This document shows, piece by piece, positions 9,163-20,278 of a stretch of 64,000 nucleotides of DNA (position 1 is the stretch's first letter; each line of letters begins with the position of its first letter). A program made the position numbers and the translations under genes. The notes beneath the pieces are model-generated. The model had not been told where the DNA came from. It did no database searches and was given only the letters and a program-made list of their open reading frames with translations. The stretch is from an uncultured Planctomycetaceae bacterium (lineage in GTDB: Bacteria; Planctomycetota; Planctomycetia; Planctomycetales; Planctomycetaceae), in assembly GCA_963976765.1 (NCBI GenBank), contig CAXBME010000011.1:1-64000 (forward strand). Reading direction: 5' to 3'.

Positions 9163-11451
9163 ATGTCTGACCATCCCGCTGAAAATCCGTCTCACCTCGC
9201 TGATGATGCTGCTTCAGTTAGTGAGGCATCGTTCGAAACGACTGCTTTTGACACGTTCGAGATGTCCGCATCCGCCCCGATGGCTGACCCGATCGAGCGG
9301 TTGCTTGCCACTTCGGACTGCACCATCGCCGCCGACTCGACTTCAGACAGTTCATCGTCTGATGAGGACGCCGCTGTGATTTCTGTATCCGATTCCGAAA
9401 CGGCTCCGCGTGAGCAGGTTGAAGCGAACAATCAGGCAACGGATGTTGCGTCACATGCCCCTGCCTCTGAACCGCTCGCTCCTCAGCCAGCTGCGACCAC
9501 TGGATCGGTCGTCGCAACGCCACCAGCAGACGACGTACCTGCTGCGGTTGAAGACGCTCCAGAGGATGAAGTTTCTGGTGAACCACTCTTCGCCGACCTG
9601 TCACTCCGTAAAGAAGTCCTCGAAGCAGTTCTAAAATCCGGTTACGAAAAACCGACCGCCATCCAGGCCGAGATCATTCCCCACATGCTGGCAGGCCGGG
9701 ATGTGCTGGCTCAGTCGCAGACTGGCACGGGTAAGACTGCGGCCTTTGCACTTCCCGTTCTTTCTCGAATCAGGATCGGTCAGAAGAAGCCTCAAGTTCT
9801 GGTTCTGACTCCCACACGTGAACTGGCCATTCAGGTCGCGAGATCTTTCTCGACCTACGCCTGCAACCTGTCTCGGTTTTCAGTTCTGGCGATCTACGGC
9901 GGAAGTGATTACACGGCTCAGTTCAGACAGCTGGAACGCGGAGTCGAAGTCGTCGTCGGAACTCCGGGCCGGGTCATCGACCACATCAAACGCGGCACGC
10001 TGGATCTGAGTGAACTCAAGTGCCTGGTCCTTGATGAAGCCGACGAGATGCTCAACATGGGCTTTCTGGACGACGTCAAGTTCGTCCTTGAAGAGTCGCC
10101 GGACGGTCGTCAGATCGCTCTGTTCTCAGCGACCCTTCCGCCTCCAATTCGCACAATCGCTCAGCAGTACCTGAATGATCCGGCACGCGTCACGATTCAA
10201 TCAAAGACGATGACCGCCGACTCAATTCGACAGCGAGCGTTGATTCTTCAACCCCGCGAAAAGATCGACGTGCTCAAGCGTCTGCTCGACACCGAAGAGA
10301 CGGATGGAGTCATCATCTTTTCAAACACCAAGGATATGACGGTAACGATCGCCGAGCAGTTGAATAAGGAAGGACTGAAAGCGATCGCTCTGAACGGCGA
10401 CATGCCACAGAAGACTCGCGAACGCACGATCGAGCAGCTCAAGGCCGGACTCCTCGACATTCTGGTCGCGACCGATGTCGCCGCTCGTGGTCTGGACGTC
10501 ACCCGAGTCAGTCACGTTTTCAACTACGACGTGCCACAGGACAACGAATCTTACGTGCATCGAATTGGCCGCACCGGTCGAGCGGGACGGACGGGCGAAG
10601 CATTCATCTTCCTGACGAACTCGCAACGTGGAAAATTGCGTTTCATCGAGCGAATGACGAAGCAGACGATCGAAATCGTTCAGCCACCCACCGCCGACGA
10701 TATCAACGCGATTCGAATCAAACGATTCACGCAGAAGATCGCGGACGCAGCGGCAGCTGGCGGTGAGGATCTGAAGTTCTTCGAAGAAATGATCGTGAAG
10801 TTTTCTGAAGAATCGGAAACTCCGATGGCCACGATTGCCGCCTCGCTGGCATTGATTGGTCAGAACGGTCGACCTTTCCTTGCGAAGGATCGAGCACGCC
10901 GCAAAGAATTTGATGGAAATGACCGCCGAGATAATCGCGGGGAACGCGGGCAGAATGATCGCGGCAAATTTGAACGACGATCGGGCGGCAGCGAGAATGC
11001 GACTCGCGGTCGAAGCGACAACCGTCAACTGGGCCCACCGGAAGCCGGCAAAGATCGATACCGCATTGAAGTCGGCTGGAGCGATGGAATCAAAGTTGGA
11101 AACATCGTTGGTGCGATCGCTAATGAAGGCAACATCGGCGGCGAATACATTGGCCCGATCAAGATTCACGATTCGTATGCCACCGTCGATCTGCCAGCTG
11201 GCATGCCACCGGAGATTTTCAGCACGCTTCAGCGAACCCGGGTCGCGGGTAAGCCGATGGAGATCTCGCTGGCCAACGACGACATGGGAGTGTCCAGTGA
11301 TACTGCGTCCTCTGCCCGTCCGCGGCGTTCAAACGACTTTCGCGGCAAAGGTCCGAAACATTCCAAAGGACCGGCTCGCGGAAAGTCCTTCCACCCGGCA
11401 GCCAAACGCAAGAAGTTCAAGGGCCAGACACCGTCCCAGGATCACGTCTAA
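9163..11451 (+). CDS. deaD: DEAD-box RNA helicase (DeaD/CsdA type) with DbpA RNA-binding domain
   Basis: Q motif, QTGTGKT, PTRELA, TPGR, DEAD, SAT, ARGLD, HRIGRTGRAG. C-terminal 'YRIEVGWSDGIKVGNIVGAIANE' DbpA-type domain. Confidence 0.92.
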   Translation: MSDHPAENPSHLADDAASVSEASFETTAFDTFEMSASAPMADPIERLLATSDCTIAADSTSDSSSSDEDAAVISVSDSETAPREQVEANNQATDVASHAPASEPLAPQPAATTGSVVATPPADDVPAAVEDAPEDEVSGEPLFADLSLRKEVLEAVLKSGYEKPTAIQAEIIPHMLAGRDVLAQSQTGTGKTAAFALPVLSRIRIGQKKPQVLVLTPTRELAIQVARSFSTYACNLSRFSVLAIYGGSDYTAQFRQLERGVEVVVGTPGRVIDHIKRGTLDLSELKCLVLDEADEMLNMGFLDDVKFVLEESPDGRQIALFSATLPPPIRTIAQQYLNDPARVTIQSKTMTADSIRQRALILQPREKIDVLKRLLDTEETDGVIIFSNTKDMTVTIAEQLNKEGLKAIALNGDMPQKTRERTIEQLKAGLLDILVATDVAARGLDVTRVSHVFNYDVPQDNESYVHRIGRTGRAGRTGEAFIFLTNSQRGKLRFIERMTKQTIEIVQPPTADDINAIRIKRFTQKIADAAAAGGEDLKFFEEMIVKFSEESETPMATIAASLALIGQNGRPFLAKDRARRKEFDGNDRRDNRGERGQNDRGKFERRSGGSENATRGRSDNRQLGPPEAGKDRYRIEVGWSDGIKVGNIVGAIANEGNIGGEYIGPIKIHDSYATVDLPAGMPPEIFSTLQRTRVAGKPMEISLANDDMGVSSDTASSARPRRSNDFRGKGPKHSKGPARGKSFHPAAKRKKFKGQTPSQDHV

Positions 11452-11483
11452 GCAACAGGGTCTGAATCTCTCAAGGACTTCTG

Positions 11484-12542
11484 ATGGCGCAAAGTATTCC
11501 CAAAACGTTGAGCTGGATTGGTGACTTACCGGGTACGCTGCGGATGATTGATCAGACGCGGCTGCCCGAAGAGTTTATCGAAATCGACTGCACAACAGTG
11601 GATGCGGTCTGGCAGGCGATCAAACGGCTCAGCGTTCGAGGTGCCCCGGCAATTGGAGTATCGGCAGCCTACGGAACAGTGATCGGTCTGCAGGACGCAA
11701 CGAACGTCAGCCGCTCGGAGTTTGACCAGAAGCTCACCGAAGTCACCGACTATCTGGCAAGCAGTCGGCCGACAGCGGTTAACCTGTTCTGGGCTTTGGA
11801 GCGGATGAAAAACGTCGCCTCGGAAATCACCGGTGCATCGCCCGTCGAGGTTCTGCTGAGACTGCTCGAAGAAGCTCGTACGATCGAAAGCGAAGATCGT
11901 GAGATGTGCGCGGCAATTGGTCGACACGGCGCGCCGCTGATGCCGGATCAGGGCGGGGTTCTTACTCACTGCAATGCAGGCGGCCTGGCCACTGCTGGTG
12001 ATGGAACAGCGTTATCCGTTCTGTTTGCAGCGACGGCTTCCGGAAAAAAGATTCATGTCTTTGCGGACGAAACTCGACCGCTGTTACAAGGAGCTCGCCT
12101 GACCGCCTGGGAGTGTCAGCAGCGCGATGTACCGGTGACAGTAATTTGTGATTCGATGGCCGCTCTGGTCATGCGGAAAAAGAAAGTTCAAGCCGTCGTC
12201 ACCGGTGCCGACCGAATCGCAGCTAACGGTGACGCGGCCAACAAAATCGGAACCTACTCGGTCGCCGTGCTGGCCAAAGCCCACGGCGTTCCCTTTTATG
12301 TGGCTGCGCCGTCGAGCACCTTTGACATGAGCCTGGCATCGGGAGATCTCATTCCCATCGAAGAGCGGGCTCGCGATGAAATCAGTCACGGCTTCGGGAA
12401 ACAAACAGTGCCGGACGGTGTCGACGTGTGGAATCCTGCCTTCGACGTCACACCAGCTGAACTGCTGACTGGCATCATCACCGAACGAGGTGTCATCACA
12501 CCCGTTAGTTCGGAATCGGTTGCGGCAATGCTCGGAGCGTAA
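11484..12542 (+). CDS. mtnA: S-methyl-5-thioribose-1-phosphate isomerase
   Basis: 'IDQTRLP', 'VRGAPAIG', 'RPTAVNL', 'THCNAGGLATAG', 'ETRPLLQGARLT', 'NKIGTY', 'NPAFDVTP'. Confidence 0.95.
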   Translation: MAQSIPKTLSWIGDLPGTLRMIDQTRLPEEFIEIDCTTVDAVWQAIKRLSVRGAPAIGVSAAYGTVIGLQDATNVSRSEFDQKLTEVTDYLASSRPTAVNLFWALERMKNVASEITGASPVEVLLRLLEEARTIESEDREMCAAIGRHGAPLMPDQGGVLTHCNAGGLATAGDGTALSVLFAATASGKKIHVFADETRPLLQGARLTAWECQQRDVPVTVICDSMAALVMRKKKVQAVVTGADRIAANGDAANKIGTYSVAVLAKAHGVPFYVAAPSSTFDMSLASGDLIPIEERARDEISHGFGKQTVPDGVDVWNPAFDVTPAELLTGIITERGVITPVSSESVAAMLGA

Positions 12543-12861
12543 ACTTGCCCGCAGGCCCCACAGTTTCCTCAACCGGCATTTTTTGCCGCATCGGTCAGCC
12601 TTCGCGCCGCTGCGTCGCCGCCGGGATCGGTAAAAACGGCAGGATTGCCACTTCAGGAAGTTCAGGCAGGACACAGCAATCTGACTAAGCCTGAAGCATC
12701 CCGTCAGCCGATTCCTTGCTGATAGCCGGGATGACCTCTGCACTCGTTGCACCAGTCAGCGCTCATCCAACTTCGTGCCTGTGTTAGCAGGCACGTCTGG
12801 ATCTCTGCCCGGCCTGGACTTCCTGTCGACGATCCTTTCCGAACCGAACCGGTGACGTGTC

Positions 12862-14643
12862 ATGATCAGGCCTCGGCTTCGCTTGTACGTGTGTGCTTCC
12901 ACTGTTGCTGTCACTTTAGGCGGCGCTGTGCTGACCCAGGCGGCAGGCCCTGGAGAGTTCATTTCCAGATTGTGGAAACGCGATCCCGCACCGCAGAAGG
13001 AAGAAGCCCACAGCTTGAATCCTTTCAAGTTTCTGCGGCGCGAAAACTCAGATTCGACCGTTCGGCGCATCAAGGTTTCAGATGGAGGCCGCAGCGTTGT
13101 TTCGCAGCGGCCCAAACTGGTCAACGATCCGTTTCTCACTGAGCGAGCTCCACTGGCGAGCACACCAGCGGCGTCTGGCAGCAAGGGAATAATTGTTCGT
13201 CCCGAGCCTCGACAAAGCCCAGTGAAAATGCAGACAGCCGAACATCATCCGTCGGTAACGGAAAGAAACTCCCGGCACACCGCCAGCAATGTGGACCTCG
13301 CCCCACTGCTCAACTCTTCCTCGCGGGGTGAGTCCAGCCGGGTAGTCACAGACGCCACACGATCTCTTCCCGAGCGTACGGCGGACGCATCGCCATCAGC
13401 TGGCAACAGCCAGTTCGTAAGCGGCTTCGACAGCGAATTTCAGAAACTCTTCCAGGAGGTGATTGAAGAATCCCGTCAGACCAAAGCTTCAACGACAATT
13501 CCCAGATTACCGGATGACGCCGTCGCCAGCTCTGCAGCTGCAGCCCCCCTGCCGGAAGTAGTCACCTCCGATGAGGATGATTTGAAAAAAGACTTTGCTG
13601 AGTTTGCTCAGCAACGAAGCCGCACACAAATCGATAGTCTTATTCAAGAATCTCGAAACCAGATGGAGTCTTCCGCACTGGCCCGCCGCGCCAACAGCGA
13701 ACTTTTCTCGCCGCCACTGAGTTCGCGGCAACCTGATTCTCAACAGACCAGCGGCCCATTGTCGAGCGTCTCGGCCGTTGCCCATTCAGACTCTAAGCAC
13801 CCAACCGCAGCGTCGTTACCAGAATCAGAAGCTCGATTCATTCCACAAACGCTTCCCGATCGCCTTCCCCTTCAGACATCAAACGAGCTTGTTGTCCCGA
13901 GCTCGATGGTACCGGACCGCAGCCTGTTCACGACTTCGGACGGATGGTTGCCCCGAGACGAGTCTGAGCATCCGACAGTTCCCGAGAACGCCCCACACCC
14001 CCAACTGCAACCTGTTGTTCAAGTTGTGCCTGGTCAACGTGGGGCTGGTGTCGTTATCGAAAGCGGCCAGTGGTCACCGATCCAGCCTCGCGTGACATCA
14101 AACGTTGCTCCTGTACGATCGGTGCCTGACACATCGCAGTTTCGACGTCTCTCGTTCGAAGGCGTAGACTCCCCATCCAGCAACGGAGCCGTTCAAGCGA
14201 TTGGAAACGGAACTCCAGACGAGGGCAGTTTGAACACCGATGATCGTCATGCCGGTCAATACTCAGGAGCTTCGACGCTCATTCTTCCTGCCATGCCCAA
14301 TACGACATCAACAGCCTCTACCGCATCAACAGCCAGCACTGTCGATGGCTCTGAACTGGCGATGATTATCCCTGACAGTCGAACTGGCCAAAGCCTCGAC
14401 GCGTCAAAACTCGGTGCTGCTTTTGCAACAGCCCCTGCTCCGCCGCAAAGCAGCGGGTTCGATTTCGACTGGCCGGACGAAACCGAACTCGCGGCTGAGA
14501 CTCCTGACAGTGGTCTATCATGGGGGGCAACCATGTTCCTTCTGGCGATCGCTGGTGGAGTCATTGGCCTGTTCATCCGCAGGAAGGCTCAAGACAGCGT
14601 TTTCGGAATAACCGGAACCGGCACCAGGTCGGAAATCTCCTGA
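12862..14643 (+). CDS. exported S/P/T-rich hypothetical protein with C-terminal membrane anchor
   Basis: Signal-peptide-like N-terminus, long low-complexity body, C-terminal hydrophobic helix followed by RRK. Confidence 0.7.
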   Translation: MIRPRLRLYVCASTVAVTLGGAVLTQAAGPGEFISRLWKRDPAPQKEEAHSLNPFKFLRRENSDSTVRRIKVSDGGRSVVSQRPKLVNDPFLTERAPLASTPAASGSKGIIVRPEPRQSPVKMQTAEHHPSVTERNSRHTASNVDLAPLLNSSSRGESSRVVTDATRSLPERTADASPSAGNSQFVSGFDSEFQKLFQEVIEESRQTKASTTIPRLPDDAVASSAAAAPLPEVVTSDEDDLKKDFAEFAQQRSRTQIDSLIQESRNQMESSALARRANSELFSPPLSSRQPDSQQTSGPLSSVSAVAHSDSKHPTAASLPESEARFIPQTLPDRLPLQTSNELVVPSSMVPDRSLFTTSDGWLPRDESEHPTVPENAPHPQLQPVVQVVPGQRGAGVVIESGQWSPIQPRVTSNVAPVRSVPDTSQFRRLSFEGVDSPSSNGAVQAIGNGTPDEGSLNTDDRHAGQYSGASTLILPAMPNTTSTASTASTASTVDGSELAMIIPDSRTGQSLDASKLGAAFATAPAPPQSSGFDFDWPDETELAAETPDSGLSWGATMFLLAIAGGVIGLFIRRKAQDSVFGITGTGTRSEIS

Positions 14644-14719
14644 ATCAACCTCGGCAATACTCACCTGTGACTTATGGTTTGCCTGTGCAGCCGAGACGTC
14701 TCCGCCGCATTCAGAAACC

Positions 14720-15109
14720 ATGATGAACCGACAGGTGTTGACCGGTCAGGAGTTGCAGATGTCCGCTGATCCCTGGAGCCGCCCTACTCTCGAAGATCTG
14801 AAGCAGGTACTTGAGAGTATCGGCAAAACTGATGGCGACCACGAGCGTGCGGCGGAACGATTGGACCTTTCGGTTCCGGCCGAAGTAATCACGGCTCGCG
14901 GCAGCACCATTCCAGCCATGACTCGTGAAATCAGCCGGTTCGGCATCGGACTGCTGCACCGCGGCTCACTTCAAATGGGCGATGTGACAGTCAAAATGGC
15001 CAGTGATACTCGTGAATACAAATACCTGGTCCGACTCGAATGGTGCACCCCCTGTGAGAACGGCATGTTCATCAGCGGTGGTCAGTTCCTCGGTAAGCTT
15101 GACGAGTAA
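14720..15109 (+). CDS. stand-alone PilZ-like domain protein
   Basis: RxxxR (RAAER) and (D/N)xSxxG-like (EISRFG) motifs, then a 'VRLEWC...GGQF' barrel end. Confidence 0.7.
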   Translation: MMNRQVLTGQELQMSADPWSRPTLEDLKQVLESIGKTDGDHERAAERLDLSVPAEVITARGSTIPAMTREISRFGIGLLHRGSLQMGDVTVKMASDTREYKYLVRLEWCTPCENGMFISGGQFLGKLDE

Positions 15110-15755
15110 CTCGATTTCCTGAGCGGGCTGCACAAGCAGAGCTTTGACGGTGGCCGATTCGCGAACCCGTGCAGAACTCCCGTTGCTCACGAGGCGTTGC
15201 ACTCTCGGATTGCTACGTACCTCCTCACAGAGCAGACGGCTGCCGCACCGCATCAGGGTTCTCACTGCCAGATGAATCAATTTTCGTCGTAAATGCAGGT
15301 ATACGCCTTGCCAAGCTCTGGATCGTAGGGACTTTGCCGATCGTGGCGATTCGCTGAACCGGACCACCGCAACCCGTCGGGGTGCCATTCAATTGGGCTG
15401 ATGCACACTTGCCGCCACGTTCGATGAAAACTCCCACGGAGAGGACTACTTCAGAATGTCGGTGACCGCCGACACCATCTCTCCAATGCGGGGTCTCCGT
15501 GTAACGTCCTGTTTTCCGCTGTCTGCGTCATGCCTGCTGCAGTCACTCACCATCAGCACCAGCACCTCATTCACACTTAGAACCCTCATCTCGTGATTCT
15601 GATCGAGTCACCACCTGAAGGTCCGGAATGAACTGCGATTACGTTGAGCGACGGTTGTTCGGCTGATGTTTGCTTCTGGAAGCAAAGCCTCCTCGAATGC
15701 TGACGACACTCCGCCTGGAGTGCTGTCACTTTGAGCCAACAACAGTTGCAGGCCT

Positions 15756-17987
15756 ATGATCTCTCGGTTCTACCAACGATATTCGAAAGCGATCATCACG
15801 GCTCTCTTTCTGTCGCTGGCAGTCCTGTATCCACTTGCCGAGTCGATACCGCCTAACAACAACACAGAAACCTGGCTCTCTGACGAGAACGAAGCCCGCC
15901 AGGTTTATGAAGACTTCCGATTTCACTTTGGCGGTGAAGAACTCATCCTCGTCGCCCTTGATCGAGCCGAGCACGACCCGAAACTCATCGAAGCTATCTG
16001 CGGTCGACTCGAACGTCTCGATGTGATCCGCAAGGTCTGGTCACCCGATCGTCTGGCATCGATGATGGCGGAATTCGATCTCCCTGAATCCGAAATCGAA
16101 CAGCGTCTTCATCGGGTCGCCATTTCTCAGGACGGCAAGTTTGCCGGCATCATCGCACTACTCACTGACGAGGGGCTGCGTGACCGAACAGGCACCATGA
16201 ATCAGGTCGACGAAGTCCTGCAGTACTGCCAGCTCGATACGTCCACTCTGAAAATCACTGGTGCACCAGTCATCGTCGCCGAACTGAATCGCCTTGGCGG
16301 GAAGCAGGCGAACCAGGTTTACTTCGGAATCACAATCGCCATTTGCCTGGGCGTGCTTTTCTACACGCTGAAGCAGTTCACCCCAGCATTTCTGATTCTC
16401 ATCGAAACAATCTGGGCCTTTCAGCTGACGCTGGCTTGCGTCCGTATTGGCGGCGGTGAGATGAACTTTATTCTCGACTCGTTGCCGGTCATGGTGATGG
16501 TTTTCAGTATGGCCGTCGCCATTCACTACCTGCATCACTATGCGACGCACCGCAACGACGAAGACCCAATCGGACAAACTCTTAAAGGTGTCCGCTGGCC
16601 ATGCCTGCTGGCGACATTTACAACCGCCATCGGCCTGGCGTCGTTGGGAATCAGTACTATTCCACCGGTGCGTCAGTTCGGCATCGCCACGGCCGGCGGC
16701 ACCTTTGCGGCATTAATCGCCGGCCTGGGAATCACACCTGCGATTCTGACACTCTACCCGCCGGACCAGTTCGAAAGCCGCTCGCTGCACCAGTTCTTTC
16801 GCCGCGCCGCCGCAAGACTCTACGTCCACCGAGTGGCGACGACGATGTGCGTCTGCGGACTGGTCACTTGGTGCGGACTGGGTGTGATCTGGATTAAGGC
16901 CGAATTTCAGCCCCTCAATTTCTTCCCGGATGACTCAAAGGTTCTTCAGGACACAAAATATCTGCACCGCGAAATGGCAAGTACAGACTCGGTCGAACTT
17001 GTCGTCGACTTCGGGACGCAGGACATCCCCGACACACAGCGGATTCGAATGATCCGCGAAATCGAAGACTCGCTGCGCGAAGTCGAGCACGTACAGCTCG
17101 TTCTGTCTGCCACGACCTTCCTGCCCGATCCTCTGCCCCAGGGATTCTCAGCCGCTCTGGAGGCAATTCGGCAACACTCTGACGACAACGACTTCATCGC
17201 CGATGGCGGTCACCTCTGGAGGATCTCCGCGAAAGTCGAGGCGGCCGAAGACGCGACGTCGCAGGATCTGTTCCACGTGCTGTCAGCCAAATCGGAAAAG
17301 CTGGCTGCCGAACACAACGTCAGAATCACGTGCACGGGTATCGCCCCACTGGTCGAACGGGCTCAACAAGACATCTTTGACGGCTTCTGGAAAAGTGTCT
17401 TCACCGCGTTCTGCCTGATCTCGGTCATCATGGTGATCTGCCTCAAATCGCCGCTCGCCGGCGCGGTCGCGATGATTCCAAACGTGACGCCCATTCTGCT
17501 TGTTTTCGGAACGCTGGGCTGGCTGAACATCCCAACGGACATCGGCACAATGATGACCGGGAGTATCGCCCTGGGCATTGCAGTCGACGGAACGTTCCAC
17601 TTCCTGACTTGCTACCGCCGGCTTTATGACCAGACAGGCAACTCGGTTTACGCCACACGAGTTGCTCTCGAAACAACCGGCCCGCCCATTGTTCAAGCGA
17701 CCGTCATCACCGGTCTGGGAATGCTCGCGTTGGGCTTGAGTAACTTTGGCCCGACCGTTCGCTTTGGACTCCTGATGACAACGTCTCTGTTCGTCGCGTT
17801 GATCGGTGACCTGATCCTTCTTCCCTGCCTGCTCTACATGCGTCCGTCCAGGGTGGCAGCGATGAATCGCAAAGCAACCGAACCTGCTGATCAGGCCCGG
17901 CACATTCCCTCGCCACATCTCGGAAAACCACGTCGGTCCACAGAGGCCACTGGCCTGGATGACGACGCCGAAGGCTGCTTTGTCTGA
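15756..17987 (+). CDS. MMPL/RND-family transporter
   Basis: Two repeats of 1 TM + soluble loop + 5 TM; motifs 'TTAIGLASL' and 'IALGIAVDGTFHF'. Confidence 0.85.
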   Translation: MISRFYQRYSKAIITALFLSLAVLYPLAESIPPNNNTETWLSDENEARQVYEDFRFHFGGEELILVALDRAEHDPKLIEAICGRLERLDVIRKVWSPDRLASMMAEFDLPESEIEQRLHRVAISQDGKFAGIIALLTDEGLRDRTGTMNQVDEVLQYCQLDTSTLKITGAPVIVAELNRLGGKQANQVYFGITIAICLGVLFYTLKQFTPAFLILIETIWAFQLTLACVRIGGGEMNFILDSLPVMVMVFSMAVAIHYLHHYATHRNDEDPIGQTLKGVRWPCLLATFTTAIGLASLGISTIPPVRQFGIATAGGTFAALIAGLGITPAILTLYPPDQFESRSLHQFFRRAAARLYVHRVATTMCVCGLVTWCGLGVIWIKAEFQPLNFFPDDSKVLQDTKYLHREMASTDSVELVVDFGTQDIPDTQRIRMIREIEDSLREVEHVQLVLSATTFLPDPLPQGFSAALEAIRQHSDDNDFIADGGHLWRISAKVEAAEDATSQDLFHVLSAKSEKLAAEHNVRITCTGIAPLVERAQQDIFDGFWKSVFTAFCLISVIMVICLKSPLAGAVAMIPNVTPILLVFGTLGWLNIPTDIGTMMTGSIALGIAVDGTFHFLTCYRRLYDQTGNSVYATRVALETTGPPIVQATVITGLGMLALGLSNFGPTVRFGLLMTTSLFVALIGDLILLPCLLYMRPSRVAAMNRKATEPADQARHIPSPHLGKPRRSTEATGLDDDAEGCFV

Positions 17988-18170
17988 ACTCGAAAATTCC
18001 GATCAGAACACGCGCTACCTTGCCACTCACGCACCGCTGGCGTCCATTCGACACCTGACGAGCTGCAGACCTTAACTCAGAAAACAGAGCGAAGCCCGGA
18101 TCGCCCCGAGTCTCCGCCCTGCCCTGTCAGTTGCTCTGTCTTCACTGCATTGATGTCGCAATTCGCGACG

Positions 18171-19553
18171 TCAGACATTCACGTTGATCTCGTAGCCTTT
18201 CCGCTGCTCGCGAGACTGCCACGAATTCAGACTTAGATCATTTGTGATCATCTCAGTCTTCGGATCCCACTCCAGCGTCTTGTCGAGCCGGATTGAAATG
18301 TTCGCGAGATGGCAGGTCGTCATCGCGCGATGATGAGACCAGACATCGCTGATCGGAGTCTCGCCGCTCTTGATGCAGTCCATGAAGTTCTGCATGTGCG
18401 AGGTCGGCTTTTTGCCGCCGTAAACGGCGTCGATAGCTCCGTCAGGAAGCGGCTTATCCTTGAGGGCTTCGACCGGTCCACCCTTTGTCCGACCTCGACT
18501 GACATGGAACCGCCCCTTCGTACCTTCGAACAGAATTCCATTGCCATCGGACGAGTGGCTGACGATGTGCATCTCGACGCCGTTTGCGAACATGCACTTC
18601 ACGTCGAACTTCGTCGCTGCGTTGTAGCGATCGTCCAGCGTCGGATAGCCATCTTTGTAAGGAACAGGATGTTCCTGCATGACCGGCTCGACCGAAACGA
18701 CGCCCTGATCCTTACCGTTCTGCTCGATCGCCCACTGAGCGATGTCGACATGATGAGCCCCCCAGTCAGTCATCTTGCCACCAGAATATTCGTACCACCA
18801 ACGAAACTCGTAGTGACCGCGAGTCTTACCCCAGCGGCCGCCTTCTTTCATTCGGTACTCAGCCAGCGGAGCCTGGCCAAGCCACTTCTCCCAGTTCAGA
18901 CCTTCCGGCACATCTGCCACAGGAATCGCACCGCTGTCAGATGATGCGCCAATGTTGCAGGTCACTTTCTTCACGTCACCAATTCGACCATCGCGGATCA
19001 TGGCGATCGCCTGGAGAAACCGCTGCCCCATTTCCGTTCGCTGCTGCGTCCCGACCTGAAAAATTCGTTTCGTTTCTTCCAGTACTTTGATGATCTGCTT
19101 GCCTTCATGGACGGTCAATGTCAGCGGCTTTTCGCAGTAAACGTCCTTGCCCGCCTGCATGGCTTCGATAGCGATCTTCGAGTGCCAGTGGTCGGGCGTG
19201 ACGATCGTCACCACGTCGATGTCTTTACGATCCAGAATCTTCCGGTAGTCCTCATAGACGTCGATTTTACGGTCGTCACCTTTCTTCGTCTGAATGCCGG
19301 ACACTTTATCGCGACCAGCTCCCGCATGGTTGGCGTCAACATCGCAAACCGCAGCACAATCCGAAAAATTCAACGCGGCTGGACCAACGCTGTTCCAGCG
19401 ACTGCCGGTTCCGATGCAACCCAGAACTGGTCGTTCATTCGCGCTTTCATAACCATATGTTGAACGCTGAGTACTGGTGAACCAATACGGCATCGTGGCT
19501 CCCGCTGCCGCAGCGGTAGTCTTCAGAAAGTGACGTCGATTCTTCTGAGTCAT
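18171..19553 (-). CDS. Tat-exported Gfo/Idh/MocA oxidoreductase
   Basis: NRRHFLK twin-arginine signal, 'TPDHWH', 'YCEKP', 'QVGTQQR', 'DWGAHHVD'. Confidence 0.92.
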   Translation of the reverse strand: MTQKNRRHFLKTTAAAAGATMPYWFTSTQRSTYGYESANERPVLGCIGTGSRWNSVGPAALNFSDCAAVCDVDANHAGAGRDKVSGIQTKKGDDRKIDVYEDYRKILDRKDIDVVTIVTPDHWHSKIAIEAMQAGKDVYCEKPLTLTVHEGKQIIKVLEETKRIFQVGTQQRTEMGQRFLQAIAMIRDGRIGDVKKVTCNIGASSDSGAIPVADVPEGLNWEKWLGQAPLAEYRMKEGGRWGKTRGHYEFRWWYEYSGGKMTDWGAHHVDIAQWAIEQNGKDQGVVSVEPVMQEHPVPYKDGYPTLDDRYNAATKFDVKCMFANGVEMHIVSHSSDGNGILFEGTKGRFHVSRGRTKGGPVEALKDKPLPDGAIDAVYGGKKPTSHMQNFMDCIKSGETPISDVWSHHRAMTTCHLANISIRLDKTLEWDPKTEMITNDLSLNSWQSREQRKGYEINVNV

Positions 19554-19823
19554 GAATGGCTCCTGGCTGCTTCCTGGAATTTGAACGTTCGAAATCCGAT
19601 CGCAAGTTTAGTTACCGTTTTTTGCAAAAGAAAACCCATGCATCTAATTTCGCACCAACGCATTCACTGATCTGAATGCCTCGAACCATGCTGCGAACAT
19701 AAACCGGCAACTTGGCAATCCGTTCTGGATGTCTACCATGCCCATACCGTCAACTGGCTCTCGACTCCGATTTTGAACTTCGAAATTCTCTGCACATCAG
19801 CCCGCAACACTTCAGGCAAGCCG

Positions 19824-20213
19824 ATGACAAATGCCGTCTTACTGATCGCCCACGGAAGCCGCCGCCCAGAAGCGAACCACGATCTCATCATCGTGGCCGA
19901 CCGACTTCGTGAACAAACCGATTATCAAATCGTCGTTCCGAGTTACCTGGAACTTGCCGATCCATCGATCCCGGATGGCGCTCGACAATGCGTCGACGCA
20001 GGTGCGGACCGCGTCCTGATGATGCCCTACTTTCTGAGCGCTGGCTCACACGTCACGCGTGATCTCGAACGCTTCCGTGACGAAGCCGCTTCCGAATTCA
20101 AATCAGTAAAATTCGACCTCTGCCCACCCCTCGGTCTGCATCCGCTGATGCTTGAAATTATCAAAGACCGACTACGTGAGGACACTGCGACATCCACGGA
20201 AGAATTCTCGTAA
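19824..20213 (+). CDS. CbiX/SirB-type sirohydrochlorin chelatase (single domain)
   Basis: 'LLIAHGSRRPEAN', 'YLELADPSI', 'PYFLSAGSHVTRDL', 'PLGLHP'. Confidence 0.88.
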   Translation: MTNAVLLIAHGSRRPEANHDLIIVADRLREQTDYQIVVPSYLELADPSIPDGARQCVDAGADRVLMMPYFLSAGSHVTRDLERFRDEAASEFKSVKFDLCPPLGLHPLMLEIIKDRLREDTATSTEEFS

Positions 20214-20278
20214 CGCATGAGTGGAGATGTCAGAAACTCCACACCGCGTCCGAAAATATGAACCGACTCGCCTTCACA

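Noticed and set aside
8713..9195. 160-aa minus-strand ORF between miaB and deaD
   Set aside because: R/S-rich with no protein-like pattern, overlaps the deaD start and has no clear RBS.
15436..15500. Glycine riboswitch suggested by GGAGAG...CGCCGA
   Set aside because: The following AGG..CAA and CTCTCAGG elements are missing, and the downstream gene is unrelated to glycine.
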